From the NCBI RefSeq assembly GCF_001194135.2, contig NC_068981.1:40688075-40744115 (forward strand): a stretch of 56,041 nucleotides of DNA. The letters are read 5' to 3'. This DNA is from Octopus bimaculoides. Taxonomy: Eukaryota. The translations under genes were made by a program, and so were the position numbers. Shown here piece after piece: positions 24,241-37,324 of this stretch. The number at the start of each line of letters is the position of its first letter. Position 1 is the stretch's first letter. Below the pieces are notes generated by a model. That model was given only the letters and a program-made list of their open reading frames with translations, did no database searches and was not told the DNA's origin.

Positions 24241-25225
24241 TTGTTTGACTTTTGTTTTGTATTTGTACATGTTGACTCCAGGTCTCATCCGGAGACTTCA
24301 AGAGACAAGTTAGAAGTTCATGTTGGTGTTATGCCTTGTGTGTCATATATTTGGTTTTACATATAGTATTGTTCGAGTGAATGTTTAAGAAAACATAAGA
24401 AAACTATGAGTTTGTTTTAAAATTTGAGATTACATAGACAGTATTTTCTATAGGATATGGACAGTCCCTATGAACACTATCTTTCGAATTTCTACCATTT
24501 TGGGGTTTCCTGGTATCTGAGCTAGGTAGGAATCAGCCTCTTTTGCTATCATTCTTAGGGCACCAATGACAACAAGTATTGTTTTAGTCTTGAGGTTCCA
24601 TATTTTGCCAATTTCTATTTCAAGATCTTTATATTTGCTCAGTTTTTGGTAGGTCTTGACAGATACATTTACGTCAATTGGGACAGTCATATCAATGAGG
24701 AAGCATGATTTTTGTTTGAAGTCTTTCAATACAATGTCTGGCTTATGTGCATCTATCGTTCTGTCAGTTTGAATGGTGAAGTTCCAGAGGAGTGAGATGT
24801 GATCATTTTCAAGCACTGGCGGTAGTTTGCGTTCCCACCAGTTTTTATCATGAGACAGGTCCAGGTTTTTTCAAATTACCCAGTGGATATATTGTGCTGC
24901 TCTATCATGCCTGTCGAGATACTCTGTAGGTACAAGAAGACACAACACGATCAATGGTTTCATTTTGTTGTTGACATACATGACATGTTGGGTTACTGCT
25001 ATTTTTTAATATGTTGACCTGGTAGTTCCATGTAGGTAGACATTGATCTTGGGCTGCTATGATAAACCCTTTTGTTTCTAATTTTAAGCCAGAAGACACT
25101 AATCATTGATGGGTAAGAACTTTGTCAACATTGGCACTATTAGCCCTCTTTGGGTATTTGCTATTGAGAGATTTTTCTTGCCATTTATCAGTAAGAATAT
25201 CTAAGGCAGCAGTTTTAGTACGGAT
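24241..25225 (-). mobile_element. 5'-truncated R4/Dong LINE (subfamily A)
   Basis: LKLETKGFIIAAQDQ..CHVC..LLWNFTIQTD..HKPDIVL..IDMTVPID..KYKDL; UTR shared with the 16577 copy. Confidence 0.9.
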
Positions 25226-25244
25226 TTTTATTATTATTATTTTA

Positions 25245-26105
25245 TGTTTGACTTTTGCTTTGCATTTGTACAAGTTGGATCCAAGTCTCACCCAGAGACC
25301 TCAAGAGACAAGTTAGAAGTTCATGTAGGCGTTATGCCTAGGGTACCATATATTTGGATTTGTACAGTGTTGTTCTAGTGAATGTTTAAGAAACCATAAG
25401 AAAATTATGTGTTTGTTTTAAAATTTGAAATCACATAGACAGTATTTTACGTAGGATATGGGCAGTTCCCATGAGCACTATCTTNNNNNNNNNNNNNNNN
25501 NNNNNNNNNNNNNNNNNNNNNNNNNNNNNNNNNNNNNNNNNNNNNNNNNNNNNNNNNNNNNNNNNNNNNNNNNNNNNNNNNNNNNNNNNNNNNNNNNNNN
25601 NNNNNNNNNNNNNNNNNNNNNNNNNNNNNNNNNNNNNNNNNNNNNNNNNNNNNNNNNNNNNNNNNNNNNNNNNNNNNNNNNNNNNNNNNNNNNNNNNNNN
25701 NNNNNNNNNNNNNNNNNNNNNNNNNNNNNNNNNNNNNNNNNNNNNNNNNNNNNNNNNNNNNNNNNNNNNNNNNNNNNNNNNNNNNNNNNNNNNNNNNNNN
25801 NNNNNNNNNNNNNNNNNNNNNNNNNNNNNNNNNNNNNNNNNNNNNNNNNNNNNNNNNNNNNNNNNNNNNNNNNNNNNNNNNNNNNNNNNNNNNNNNNNNN
25901 NNNNNNNNNNNNNNNNNNNNNNNNNNNNNNNNNNNNNNNNNNNNNNNNNNNNNNNNNNNNNNNNNNNNNNNNNNNNNNNNNNNNNNNNNNNNNNNNNNNN
26001 NNNNNNNNNNNNNNTATGATGCTCCCCCACTACTTCTGCTCATAATCAGAGATGCACATATCGTCAGACACCAAGGGACATGCTCAACTGGTTACGGTCA
26101 AACAA
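25245..26105 (-). mobile_element. R4/Dong subfamily A 3' end plus gap and post-gap segment
   Basis: ..AHILRKILSM* and UTR nearly identical to 16577-16820; 26014-26105 lies between the gap and (ATT)n. Confidence 0.7.
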
Positions 26106-26108
26106 CTG

Positions 26109-26237
<129 letters not shown>

Positions 26238-28141
26238 GTATGACAGAACTATTCCCTCTAAGCCGTGCACACATGTATTTTGTAATGCACAAGTAATTAA
26301 TGCATACACAAGAATTTGTGTTGCACATAAATAGTTAGTTGTCTAAAATAATGTAAAAATTAATAGCTATATTCAGAGCCTTCATACTTAGTCACAGAAA
26401 AATGTTTTGCACAATATAAGATATATACCCATTCTGACTTAGAGAAATTAAAGGAAACATTCTGATAGGACATACAGATAAGACTCAGTGAGGAAGAATT
26501 TGAAACTCAAGAAGAACCATATACATTAAATAATCGAGATGAGAGGTAGGTGAAAAATCATAGGTAGTTGATTAATTTCAGTTTTGCCATGAATCCATCT
26601 GACAATCCGTTAAAGAAACACACTTAAAATTTTCCTACGACACAATAAATCTTGTCCTTGAACGTTATTGTACTTTTTGTCCACTGATTAGATCTCGTTC
26701 AGGCTTATACTCAATTTTCCTAACAGCAAGTTTGATTCTCGTCTGAATAAGAGCCACAGCTAAAACAGTAACTTAAACCATTTTCCTACATATGCCTCTC
26801 TACATCCAATTCATAACCAAAGCCTACCCCTAAAAAACACACAAAAGAACACAATTAACAGCAACCTGGAGAAGTTGCTAGCACCAACACGAACGTAAAG
26901 AACGTTCGGAAACAATCTCCTCTTCCATCACGATTTCCGTACAGCAAGAGCTACTGCTGACTCATTTTCCTGCATCAGTTATACCAGCCAACAATACTCT
27001 TCAGTCTTTAGAAATTCAGTGAAATTAGCGGTGTTATCCTGGGTACATTCGGTGATCAATGGGATGAGAATCTCCAAACTAAATTACCCGTGTACTATAT
27101 TTACGTCCTATCTTTTATATCAGACTTTCCACTCCACACTCCATAAATTTTGATGTACCCCAAATTTATATTTTCCACACACGTTTGTAAACCAGTGTAT
27201 GTGCACATGTGATGCATATCTATGTAGGAGTGTATCATTGTGTTTAACTTATTAAGACGTCAATGTCTGGTACGATTCAGTAAAGTTTTCATATCCTGGT
27301 TGCATTAAAACTTTTCTTTGATATTGCTTATTTCTTTTGTTTTGCAAGCATGGCCAAGTAGGTAACATTTATGTGTTCGGCTACCATTTGGTCACTTTTA
27401 ACGTTCTGTAAAGAATGACTCGTTGCAGAATTGTTCAAGGTATGATACTCAATACAGACCAGCATGTCATTTAAAAGGACACGAGATACTATTCATATTT
27501 TCTACAAAATAATTTTCTAGGAAATATTTACAAAAATCTCTAAGCAGTCATAAATGTGTACGTGCGGTTGAAACCATACATACAAAAGAATGTAATTGCT
27601 TGGACTTAAAAAAATTTTATGTGACCCACAAGTAAATTTCATATCATATATTTCGTTTCATATTCAGACTTACTGCGAGGATAACTTCTCAAATATTATC
27701 ATTGCTAAGGATAAATTATTATTTTTTTTTTTTAGGAGTAACTCTTTCATTGTCTGATAGATAAGCCAGTGATAACCTTTCGGTAACCAACGTACAACTA
27801 GATAACGCTGATATGACGTAGGGGCGGGTGGTTTTTCAGTATTTTAATTTGATTTGAATCCTGATACAAGCAATTATCACGATTTCAGTCTATATGTGTG
27901 CGTGCGCGCATGAGTGTGTGTTAAATATACAACAATTTTCTATATACCAGCAGCCCTTAATATTGTGTATTCCCAACAAAGAATTGAAATAATCTACGCT
28001 CACAATCCAGAGTTTCTTTGGTCTTTCTTGTGCTTTAAAATCTAACATCTTGATTTTAGATGCTTAGTACGCTCATGGGGAGAATTTTTAATTCCTTTGA
28101 AAACCATTCTTAACTAATGCATTTCACAAACTGACTTTTCA

Positions 28142-28218
<77 letters not shown>
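28142..28218. repeat. (TC)n microsatellite abutting a gap
   Basis: Direct reading. Confidence 0.95.
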
Positions 28219-28539
28219 NNNNNNNNNNNNNNNNNNNNNNNNNNNNNNNNNNNNNNNNNNNNNNNNNNNNNNNNNNNNNNNNNNNNNNNNNNNNNNNNNN
28301 NNNNNNNNNNNNNNNNNNNNNNNNNNNNNNNNNNNNNNNNNNNNNNNNNNNNNNNNNNNNNNNNNNNNNNNNNNNNNNNNNNNNNNNNNNNNNNNNNNNN
28401 NNNNNNNNNNNNNNNNNNNNNNNNNNNNNNNNNNNNNNNNNNNNNNNNNNNNNNNNNNNNNNNNNNNNNNNNNNNNNNNNNNNNNNNNNNNNNNNNNNNN
28501 NNNNNNNNNNNNNNNNNNNNNNNTGTATCTGTTTATCTG

Positions 28540-28582
28540 TCTGTCTATCCGTGCTTGTGTGTGTGTTTGTGTGTGTATGTGT

Positions 28583-28620
<38 letters not shown>

Positions 28621-28810
28621 CCACCGCTTGACAACCGGAATTTTATAGACGTCGCCCTAACTTAGCAATTCGACCCAAGAGAATGATAGAGTAAGTACAA
28701 GGCTTTAAAAAAAATAAGTACTGGAGTCGATTCATTTGACTAAAATTTCTTCAAGGTGGTGCCCCAGTATGGTCGCAAGCTAATGAGTGAAACAAGTAAA
28801 AGATAAACGG
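28540..28810 (+). mobile_element. Composite SINE, 3' half with (TG)n
   Basis: taacttagcaattcgacc..agtaagtacaaggct..gtggtgccccagtatggtcgca..gaaacaagtaaaaga; same family as 34270-34410. Confidence 0.65.
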
Positions 28811-28832
28811 TAAAAGATATGCGCGCGTGCAC

Positions 28833-28833
28833 G

Positions 28834-28912
<79 letters not shown>

Positions 28913-28915
28913 ACA
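28833..28915. repeat. (CA)n microsatellite
   Basis: Direct reading; another at 37170-37232. Confidence 0.95.
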
Positions 28916-29869
28916 TTCATACATCTCGGAATTTGTTGTGAAGAATTTCTTCGAGGGATGAGGAGAGNNNNNNNNNNNNNNNNNNNNNNNNNNNNNNNNN
29001 NNNNNNNNNNNNNNNNNNNNNNNNNNNNNNNNNNNNNNNNNNNNNNNNNNNNNNNNNNNNNNNNNNNNNNNNNNNNNNNNNNNNNNNNNNNNNNNNNNNN
29101 NNNNNNNNNNNNNNNNNNNNNNNNNNNNNNNNNNNNNNNNNNNNNNNNNNNNNNNNNNNNNNNNNNNATATTCAGTTCCGATATAATTGTAACTTAAGCA
29201 TACTGAAAGGTATTTGTAGAAAATTTTACCAAAAAATATCCAGGTTTCTAAAAGTTATGAGAAAACAAAAGCAAATCCCATGAATTTTCCGAAACTCGAA
29301 TCTAGTTTGTTTAGTTGCCAGCATTTCGAAAATTAAAGTTTATCGAAAATTTTAAAATTTGGCACAATAATAAACTTTTCCTAGCTGAATTGCTGGAGCT
29401 ATTTCAGTTTTACCAGAAAAATGGTTTTAAAAAGTTATAGAGGTTTAAAGTTTGATCATTTTCACCCAGTCAGGAAACAGGATTTGGAAGCTGTCATTTT
29501 GTGAGTGACTGCACATTTTGTTGTAAATATCCGGAAAATAGACCGTATTGTCAAGAAAGAGTAAACGTCTTTTGTATTTTAAGCATTGCGATAATACGAA
29601 CTTGAAAAATTTATCCAAAAATATCATTTAGCTGTTATTTTTAGCATACCTCACAACCGCCTCCCTACCAAAATGAAATGAGTAAGCAACACATATTTTG
29701 TGGTTTTAAGCATTCAATATGCATTGTTCTAAAACATGTAGATGTTTATATGTTATATATTAAAATAAAACAATGAACAAAATATGATTACAAAAAACAA
29801 ACATTTAAGCATACAATAAGCAACACATTACAAAATATTTTTAAAAATTAAAAGCGTAAGTTAGAAATA

Positions 29870-30340
29870 CATTAAATCAATTTCTCAAACAAATTACAAT
29901 TTTCGTATCTCCTGCGCCACATAAATTCACAGAGATATGAATCCACCATAGAATGGTGAGTGCCACATCGTCGTTTATTACCTCACTCCACAGAGACCCC
30001 ACACACACACTTTCCACTTGTTGAGTGTGGGTACCAACTTTCGGATTAACAAACCCAACGCTGTGATTCACCGTTCTATGCTCAAAATTGTAATCATCAA
30101 TTCCAGGAATGTGAGAGTACGCCCTCCACAGATCGCCGAAAATTGTGGTTCCTGAAAGAATCAAGTCACGTATGCATTCTTCCTGTGTGTTACGATCCCG
30201 CATACAGAAAAACCTGTCTGGCCTCGCGACACACTCCTCAGAAAACCCGCTGCTCATGTAGGACCCTTCCTCTGTTGTACTTACGTCTTGAGAAGACTGT
30301 TTTGTCTATTTCAACAATCTTCCTAGGACCACCAACTTAA
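29870..30340 (-). pseudogene. Merlin / IS1595 (ISXO2-like) DDE transposase remnant
   Basis: GGPRKIVEIDKTVFSRRKYNRGR..ILSGTTIFGDLWRAY..HRTVNHS..FVNP..HTQQVES..DSYLCEFMWR; frameshifted. Confidence 0.85.
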
Positions 30341-30769
30341 ATAGCTGTAAAGGAAGAGCACTACATTCCTAAGAGGAAGAGCACGTGCTTTCTCGCAGAC
30401 AAAAGAGTTCTCATGTTCCGCTTATTACTCTGGTAACAGGCATGAATGTGTCTGTAGCTTACGATTGGCTAAAATTATCAAAATTATCAAACTTTAATTG
30501 ATAATAACTCTATATTTATTGATTTATAGGGAAAATTATTTTCCCGCCATTCATCAGCGAATGAAAGTGTATCATTACACTGAATATGAAATCACTTCGA
30601 ACAGAATTGGTGCTGGCAGCCAACCCGTCTAGATCGTCTACATCTTTTAGAACATTGTCATTTTATAAGATTTTGCTGGCAAAACTCAGAACGCCGTCGA
30701 CGTTGACGTTTTATCGTGTGTCCTATAATTTAATTGGTTTTTTCTTGACCACTTCATCCCCTCTTACCG

Positions 30770-31345
30770 TGTTTATACCTGCCGCTGATGACTAATGAGA
30801 CCGATTCTTACATAGAAGCATCTGTTGCAAAGTTCACAAAGGATCCGTGGTGGAGGCTTTGCTTGTTGCAACCTCCATTTTCTTTCTTGTCGTTTCTCTT
30901 CCTCTTTCCTCTGTCGTTCAGCTTCAATATGATCTGTCACAGTGGAAATGAGATGATGCCGGCTGGCCCCATACTGAACTTCAATGTCTCAGGCTTTGGG
31001 ATTGACTCCAGTCAGCTTTAGGCTTTGCTTCAGATGATCCTTGTATTGACGGAGGGGACAGCCACAGTCTTCTTCCAGTGGAAAGTTCACCATATAAAAT
31101 TTGACGCGCAAGCCTGGTTTCTTTCATTCTTGCTACGTGGCCCGACCATCTCAGACGATGCTACTGCTTTTCGTTCTCCCCAAAACGGAGACATCGGTCA
31201 CACAGTTGTTCCATTTGATATTCATAATAGGGCAGAATTTCTGTTGGTGAAATCCCTTTAGTTTTTTGTCGTCACTTCGGTAGAGAGTCCAGATTTCACA
31301 ACTGTAAAGACCAACTGACCATAAATATATCGCTACCATCCTCCG
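30770..31345 (-). mobile_element. RTE (BovB/Expander-like) LINE ORF2 C-terminal remnant
   Basis: LYSCEIWTLYR..KLKGFHQ..IMNIKW..YKDHLK..CELCNRCF..RIGLISH. Confidence 0.75.
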
Positions 31346-31679
31346 CCTCTATATCTTCTCTATCCCCTTCCACATTCTATCGTCCTGAGTTGACCTAATT
31401 ACCGTTAACTTTTCACTTGGCTTGGACATCCTTCAAGTAAACAAGCAAAAATCTATTGCAAGATGGAATACATATACCTCTGCCACCTAAGCTATATTAA
31501 CTTTCGTTCTAACATAATTTTCCGGATTATTCACACAAGGATAAATTTGCACGAATTTCTACACGGATATTTACCACTGGAATGAAACTACTCTTCAAGT
31601 ACTGTTCTCTCTTTTTTCAGCACATCACACTCTTTACCACTTCATACTAAAAATATCCGCCTATGGACATAATAATAGA

Positions 31680-32830
31680 TAACTTTATTTTTTCTGTCTC
31701 CGATGAAGGGAAGTACTGGATCTTCCCAGAAACAGCTGTAAGACTCTATCCATAAATTTCTTCAACCTTACCTTTACTCTCTTTATCTTTTTGTTTTTAT
31801 ATATTTACATATACACACGCTAATACACGACTTATAATACCCAATCCTGTTCATACAACGATCGGGGCAAACTAATCGGTATACAGCACTTACTCGGTAT
31901 TACCTGTATCCTCCGGGGTTTGGTTAAATCCAATACCCTCCTCAACCTTATATATATATATACTAATGGATGCGTGCCGTTCGATCATATAATAATATAA
32001 TAAATATATATATGTATTTATACATACATATATGTACATACCTACATATATATGTATATATATATATGCATAAATGGGTACAGGACGTCAAAAAACGTGA
32101 CAAAAATGAAAAAACGAGAACAAAAAAACACATGGAAACCGAATTTTTTCCGAACAACTTAAGAAACAAATAGAGAAACGAGACAGGCAACATAAAGAAC
32201 AATCCCTTCATCAGCTATTCAATAAAATTTGGGATTTTGTGGAGGTAACAAAAACAGGACAGTAAGAACAAAGCAGTAAAAACAAACGGTAAGGGCTGTT
32301 AAGCCATAACGAGGTAAAGTGGTGAACGCTGGAGAAAGGAGCTATGACAGGAGACAGGCAAAAATAGGTCTTGTCTCTTGTAAAGCAAGAGGGAGTAAGA
32401 ATGATAGCCGCTGGTCACGTGTGAGCAACGAGAGAGTCAAGGAGGAACAGTGAGGGAGAGAGGGACAGAAAGGGACCGGTTTACGTCTGTAAATGTTTTC
32501 GTGAAATTTTTTCTCCACAAGATCATGGCTTTACAGGAATAAGAGTGAAAAACTACTTCAATATAACCGATTTTCAGATTTTTTTACTTCCTTTTAAAAA
32601 ATACAGATTCTGTGAATGAATTTAACTAGATGCCATGATAGATCGCTGACCACTACATTTATATTTTTTCTCCTTGTTTCTCTCCTTATTTCTTTCTGTG
32701 TTCCTTTCAGTTGAAGAGCGTAGGCTCGAAACGTCAAAGACTTTCTCTATTCCCGAGCGTTAAACTAATACATACATTTGTTGTTTATACCACCTGTCTT
32801 CGTCTGTTGCTTTCGTAAATTCTCCCATAT
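31680..32830. mobile_element. Penelope-like terminal fragments
   Basis: ccgatgaagg..gaaacagctgt (~31700), ccttcatcag (~32205) and gaagagcgtaggctcgaaacgt (~32712) resemble PLE 3'-terminal motifs; no RT or GIY-YIG seen. Confidence 0.3.
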
Positions 32831-33978
32831 ATGTGTGTGTGTGTGTGTGTCTACCTATACATATATATATATATATATATATACATATAGTTGAAATTAA
32901 CAGAAAAACAAAAAATGCATACATACATACATATCAGGCACGTGCTGTCAGTAATTACTCATGATAGGCAGTCGGTGACATTTATGTATTCGACAAGTCG
33001 TAAATCCCCTTGGTGTATTATAATCAAATGAATAATAATAGGCGATGGATAATTGGCAGCTCAATATAACAGTTTCTTACGCATTTTTAATAGTTAGCTT
33101 CGCGAGACTTCAGCCAGGTCTCCGCTATATTCTTGGGATATTGTTTTGTTTCTAAAATAGTGTTTCATCTGATGATCACAGTTTCTTGTAATGAAGTAAT
33201 GTTCTCATTTTTCTTTTTAAAATGTGTTAGAAACAGCTGTAACAAGCTGATAATTTTCCATCGTCTATTTTGATTTATTATATATTCGTACTAACAAGTA
33301 GTATTTAACGCCAACTAAACACGGGTGTTCACTAAAAACTGGCGTTACTGCTATTTTAACCCCAAGAGGATACTTCCTTTAACTGGTTATGCAGTGCACT
33401 CTGCACTTGGTGTATATTGCAAGCGGAGAGAGAGCTCCCTACTATTTTCGCCCCGAGACCATCAGACCATACAGTTTCGACTTTCTTATGATCATCCTTG
33501 GTGGTGGATACTCGTCCTGTAGATATAATAGTAGACATAACAGTAGTATGTATGTATGTGTGTATGTATGTATGCATGCATGTATGTATGCATGTATGTA
33601 TGTATGTATGCATTGTGTATGTATATGTGAGTGTGTATATTCATGTGTGTTCGCGCGTGCGTGTGAAGATGCCGTTTTACAAATCTGAGAAATATAGTTG
33701 AAATTGTTCTCAACAACTTCACGTTTTGAAGGCGTCTGAAATAAGGTATAAGAAAAAGAAATAAGGGTAAGTATCGGGAGGATCAAGCATGGAAACAATG
33801 AACTAACACGAAAGAAGGAAGACTTCTGGTACTTGACTGGTGAAAGGAAGCCAAGAATGACCCGTCTTTTTTTGCCTGTCCTTCTAATTGTTGTTTCTCT
33901 TGGCCGCCTTTGTGTCGTCTATCTGTCCGAACGTTTTAATGCCCTTTATTGCGTTTTTGTTCCATTTTTATATTTATA

Positions 33979-34415
33979 GGCGTAGGGGNNNNNNNNNNNN
34001 NNNNNNNNNNNNNNNNNNNNNNNNNNNNNNNNNNNNNNNNNNNNNNNNNNNNNNNNNNNNNNNNNNNNNNNNNNNNNNNNNNNNNNNNNNNNNNNNNNNN
34101 NNNNNNNNNNNNNNNNNNNNNNNNNNNNNNNNNNNNNNNNNNNNNNNNNNNNNNNNNNNNNNNNNNNNNNNNNNNNNNNNNNNNNNNNNNNNNNNNNNNN
34201 NNNNNNNNNNNNNNNNNNNNNNNNNNNNNNNNNNNNNNNNNNNNNNNNNNNNNNNNNNNNNNNNNNNNNGTAACTTAGCGGTTCGGCAAAAGAGACCGGT
34301 AGAATAAGTACTAGGCTTACAAAGAATAAGTCCTAGGATCGATCTGTTTGACTAAAGGCGGTGCTCCAGCATAGCCACATTCAAATGACTGAAACAAGTA
34401 AAAGAGTAAAAGAGA
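33979..34415 (+). mobile_element. Composite SINE spanning a gap
   Basis: Head start ggcgtagggg before the gap; gtaacttagcggttcggcaaaagagacc..gaaacaagtaaaagagt after; matches reverse complement of 41665-42070. Confidence 0.8.
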
Positions 34416-34436
34416 GAGAGAAAAGAGTATATATAT

Positions 34437-35080
34437 ATATATTATTAATAAATCTCAGGGTAGCAAAATATTTAGAGATTCTTTTTGCTACTAGTGGTCT
34501 AGCGAGAAGAAAAATCTAGTCAATAGACTATATATTATTCATATAAATACATACAGTGTACATTTAAACACATAAGAGAGATGTCCATAATAGGACATCT
34601 AACCCGTTAGAAGGAGCAGCCAAACTCCAAACTACAATTAGGGATAATTTCGAAAGGAAATGAAAAATAAAAACATTTACCATCTATTTCCTAAACCATG
34701 GTTTCAAGCTATTTTCAGCAAAATAAAATAATTTGCTAGGTCAGCTATCATCAGCAGGAAAGCCAAGATTAACATATAAACACGAGGCAATACATAGAAC
34801 GTACCCCGTGCTTATGTTATAATTTTTCATATCTACCGCGCATGTGCGGTTTTCTTAGCAGCAGCAAATACAAAAAATGCTCATTTTCTTCCAGAAATTA
34901 GCCAAAAAATCATTATATCATTATAAATAAATCTCAGGGTAGCAAAATATTTAGAAATTCTACCAGTGGTCTAGCGAGAAGAAAAAACTAGTCAATATAT
35001 TATATATTATTCATATAAATACATACAGTGTACATTTAAACATATAAGAGAGATGTCCATAATAGGACATCAAACCCGCT
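34437..35080 (+). repeat. Pair of ~165-bp direct repeats (34437-34610 and 34917-35080)
   Basis: aataaatctcagggtagcaaaatatttaga..gagagatgtccataataggacatc repeated with few differences. Confidence 0.9.
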
Positions 35081-35174
35081 AACACATAAGCACGATGCAT
35101 GTTCTATGTAACAGTTTATATTAACTTTTTTGTTGTTCTTTTTCTGTGTTCCCTTATTAAAATAAATTTGGAAA

Positions 35175-35732
35175 TCTATCTATATATAAAACACAGGATG
35201 TGTGTCTGTCTGTGTTTGTCATGTCTTTAAAACTCGAGATCCAACCAACCGATTTTAATGAAATTTTATACATACATTACATAGGAGTGTCATGGGCCAA
35301 AAACATTTTCAAATTCTTGCCTAATGCAGACCCAGGTGCAGATAAACCGCATTTTTAAAGCATTTTCGCAGCGTCAAGGCCCGTAACTTGAAGAGTATCC
35401 AGTCGCTTTCCTCCAAATTTGCAGCGAACATTAATCAGGCTCCTCGAATTGTTGTTGACTAAAAAAAAATTCCGACGCCGACTATGCACCTCCACCAAAA
35501 AAGATGCAGGTTAATCAGGTTTGAGTATACTGTGCTGGGTTTTATCTTTGTTTTAGGCCATTTTCCGACGATGAAATATTGACGCTACTTGTGCATTATA
35601 AGCAGCGTATAATATTTCATGAAAACCTTTTTGTCCAATTTGGCAAAGGAAACAAGAAAATCGTTAACATTTTTGTCGGTGCCCTGTTAATGTTTCATGT
35701 TACCATCCCGGGCACCATCGGGCCATGTGCGT
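35175..35732 (+). mobile_element. Non-autonomous Helitron
   Basis: 5' A|TCTATCTATATATAAAA, tgtctgtctg, core aaccgattttaatgaaatttt; 3' hairpin cccgggcaccatcggg at ~35707-35722. Confidence 0.6.
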
Positions 35733-36004
35733 GTGTGTGCGGCTGGGTAAAGGCACAACAAACCCATTCGTACATTTTCCGGAAGTACCCTGTTGATGTT
35801 TCACGTTTTCCAATCCTGCGCGACGCTTTCTATGTCATCTATGTCTGAATGCAAAATGTTCATACAAAAAAAAGAAAAAAACTGCTGTTGTGACTCACAG
35901 CCATTTGAGTTTGACTGCGTGACCACTTCCGGAAGTTACGTTCGCAACCTGCAATTAGTCCCCTATCCTGTGTTCCCTCCCCAGTTTAGTCGGACGTATA
36001 AATA

Positions 36005-36491
36005 TCGGGTGTCCCAGAATAATGATGATTTGAGTGAAATCGGATGCATTTTTTGAAAACTCACTTTTATTTATGTTTAACATGTTTAATATGTATTAAA
36101 AGTGTGTAAATTTTGAGTTCTGTTTAGAATTTTATTTTCATTCCTATTGGACCCCTCTTATTTTCCATGACAGCATCTTTTCAATTTAGCAGTAATCATT
36201 TTCTTTACCTTCATCTCCAAGATGGAGCACTCGTTTAGCTGAGCTTAAAGAACACATGCAGTTAGCAATGCAAGAGCTAATTCCTGAAATATTCAAAATG
36301 TGTTCCACAACGCTAGGGAGAGATTTGAAGTATGCAGGGATACAGACATGTTGAAAATTTTCAATAAAAGTTGACGTAAGATTTATAAATCTATTTGTTT
36401 CTGGTAATAAACATAAAATTCTGTCAGTTTTTTTTTTTTTTTAAATTTGCTCAATTTCATTGAAATAGATAGTTAATTATGGAACACCTTG
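36005..36491 (+). mobile_element. Internally deleted Tc1/mariner element
   Basis: TA-flanked imperfect TIRs (tcgggtgtccc / ggaacaccttg); transposase C-terminus LAELKEHMQLAMQE..R..HVE. Confidence 0.7.
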
Positions 36492-36627
36492 TATGATGTA
36501 GCGTTGTTAGTTGTTGCGTTGCTCGAGTAAATATTCAAATCAAAGGTCTTCTCGCCGTAAACATCCCATCTTTTTGTTAAGCATATTGTATCAAGGAGTA
36601 TATTATCCAAAATGCATCTTTCCTTTA

Positions 36628-36750
36628 TAGGCGTGGCTGTATGGTTGAGAAGCTTGCTTTCCAACCATGTCACCTTGGGTTCAATCCCACTGTGCGACAC
36701 GTTGGGCAATTCTCTTTCATTACAGCTCCGCGCCGACCAAAGTCTTGGGT
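36628..36750 (+). mobile_element. Composite SINE head (tRNA-like + CORE-like)
   Basis: ggcgtggctgtatggttgagaagcttgctttccaaccatg..gggttcaatcccactg..ttgggcaa. Confidence 0.75.
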
Positions 36751-36913
36751 ATTATATAATTGTCATTACTGTACTGATATATAAAATAACACATACAACG
36801 CACTTAATATTGTCATATAATAAACAAACAGAAGTTCATGTATGAAATTGATCTCTTTCTACAATTATTACATGTTTTTTTCTTATAAAATACAAACATA
36901 CAGGAGGAGTTAA

Positions 36914-36997
36914 TCTATATATATAATAACACTTTGAATGTGACTCCCGAGAAAGAGTAAAAGTAATTACCCGAGCAACGACAGGTATTACTGCTTG
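36914..36997 (+). mobile_element. Minimal Helitron (5' and 3' termini only, ~84 bp)
   Basis: A|TCTATATATATAATA ... acccgagcaacgacaggta (hairpin-like) ... CTTG|T (cf. CTRR|T). Confidence 0.55.
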
Positions 36998-37167
36998 TTA
37001 TTTAATAAAGAATAAAGCTAAATAGAAAAAAGCAATACATTTTAAAGAATATATTACTTGATTAAATGAAACGAGCAGACATTTAAATAGGTCAGACGAC
37101 ATTTAACCCCAATATCAAAACATGTTTCAAGCAGAAAGAATATACTCATTCGATTTTATATATCTAG

Positions 37168-37233
<66 letters not shown>

Positions 37234-37324
37234 TACGTGAACGATAATATTTTCAACAAAGACGTGGCAACCGTATCTATTTTTTAACAGACTGTGCGCT
37301 TATATATTTTTTATTACTAATACA

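Noticed and set aside
26243-26900. hAT element starting cagaactattccctctaag
   Set aside because: No partner TIR, TSD or convincing transposase motif found.
27335-27450. Micro-exons (CATGGCCAA; AATTGTTCAAG)
   Set aside because: Too short to distinguish from chance without RNA data.
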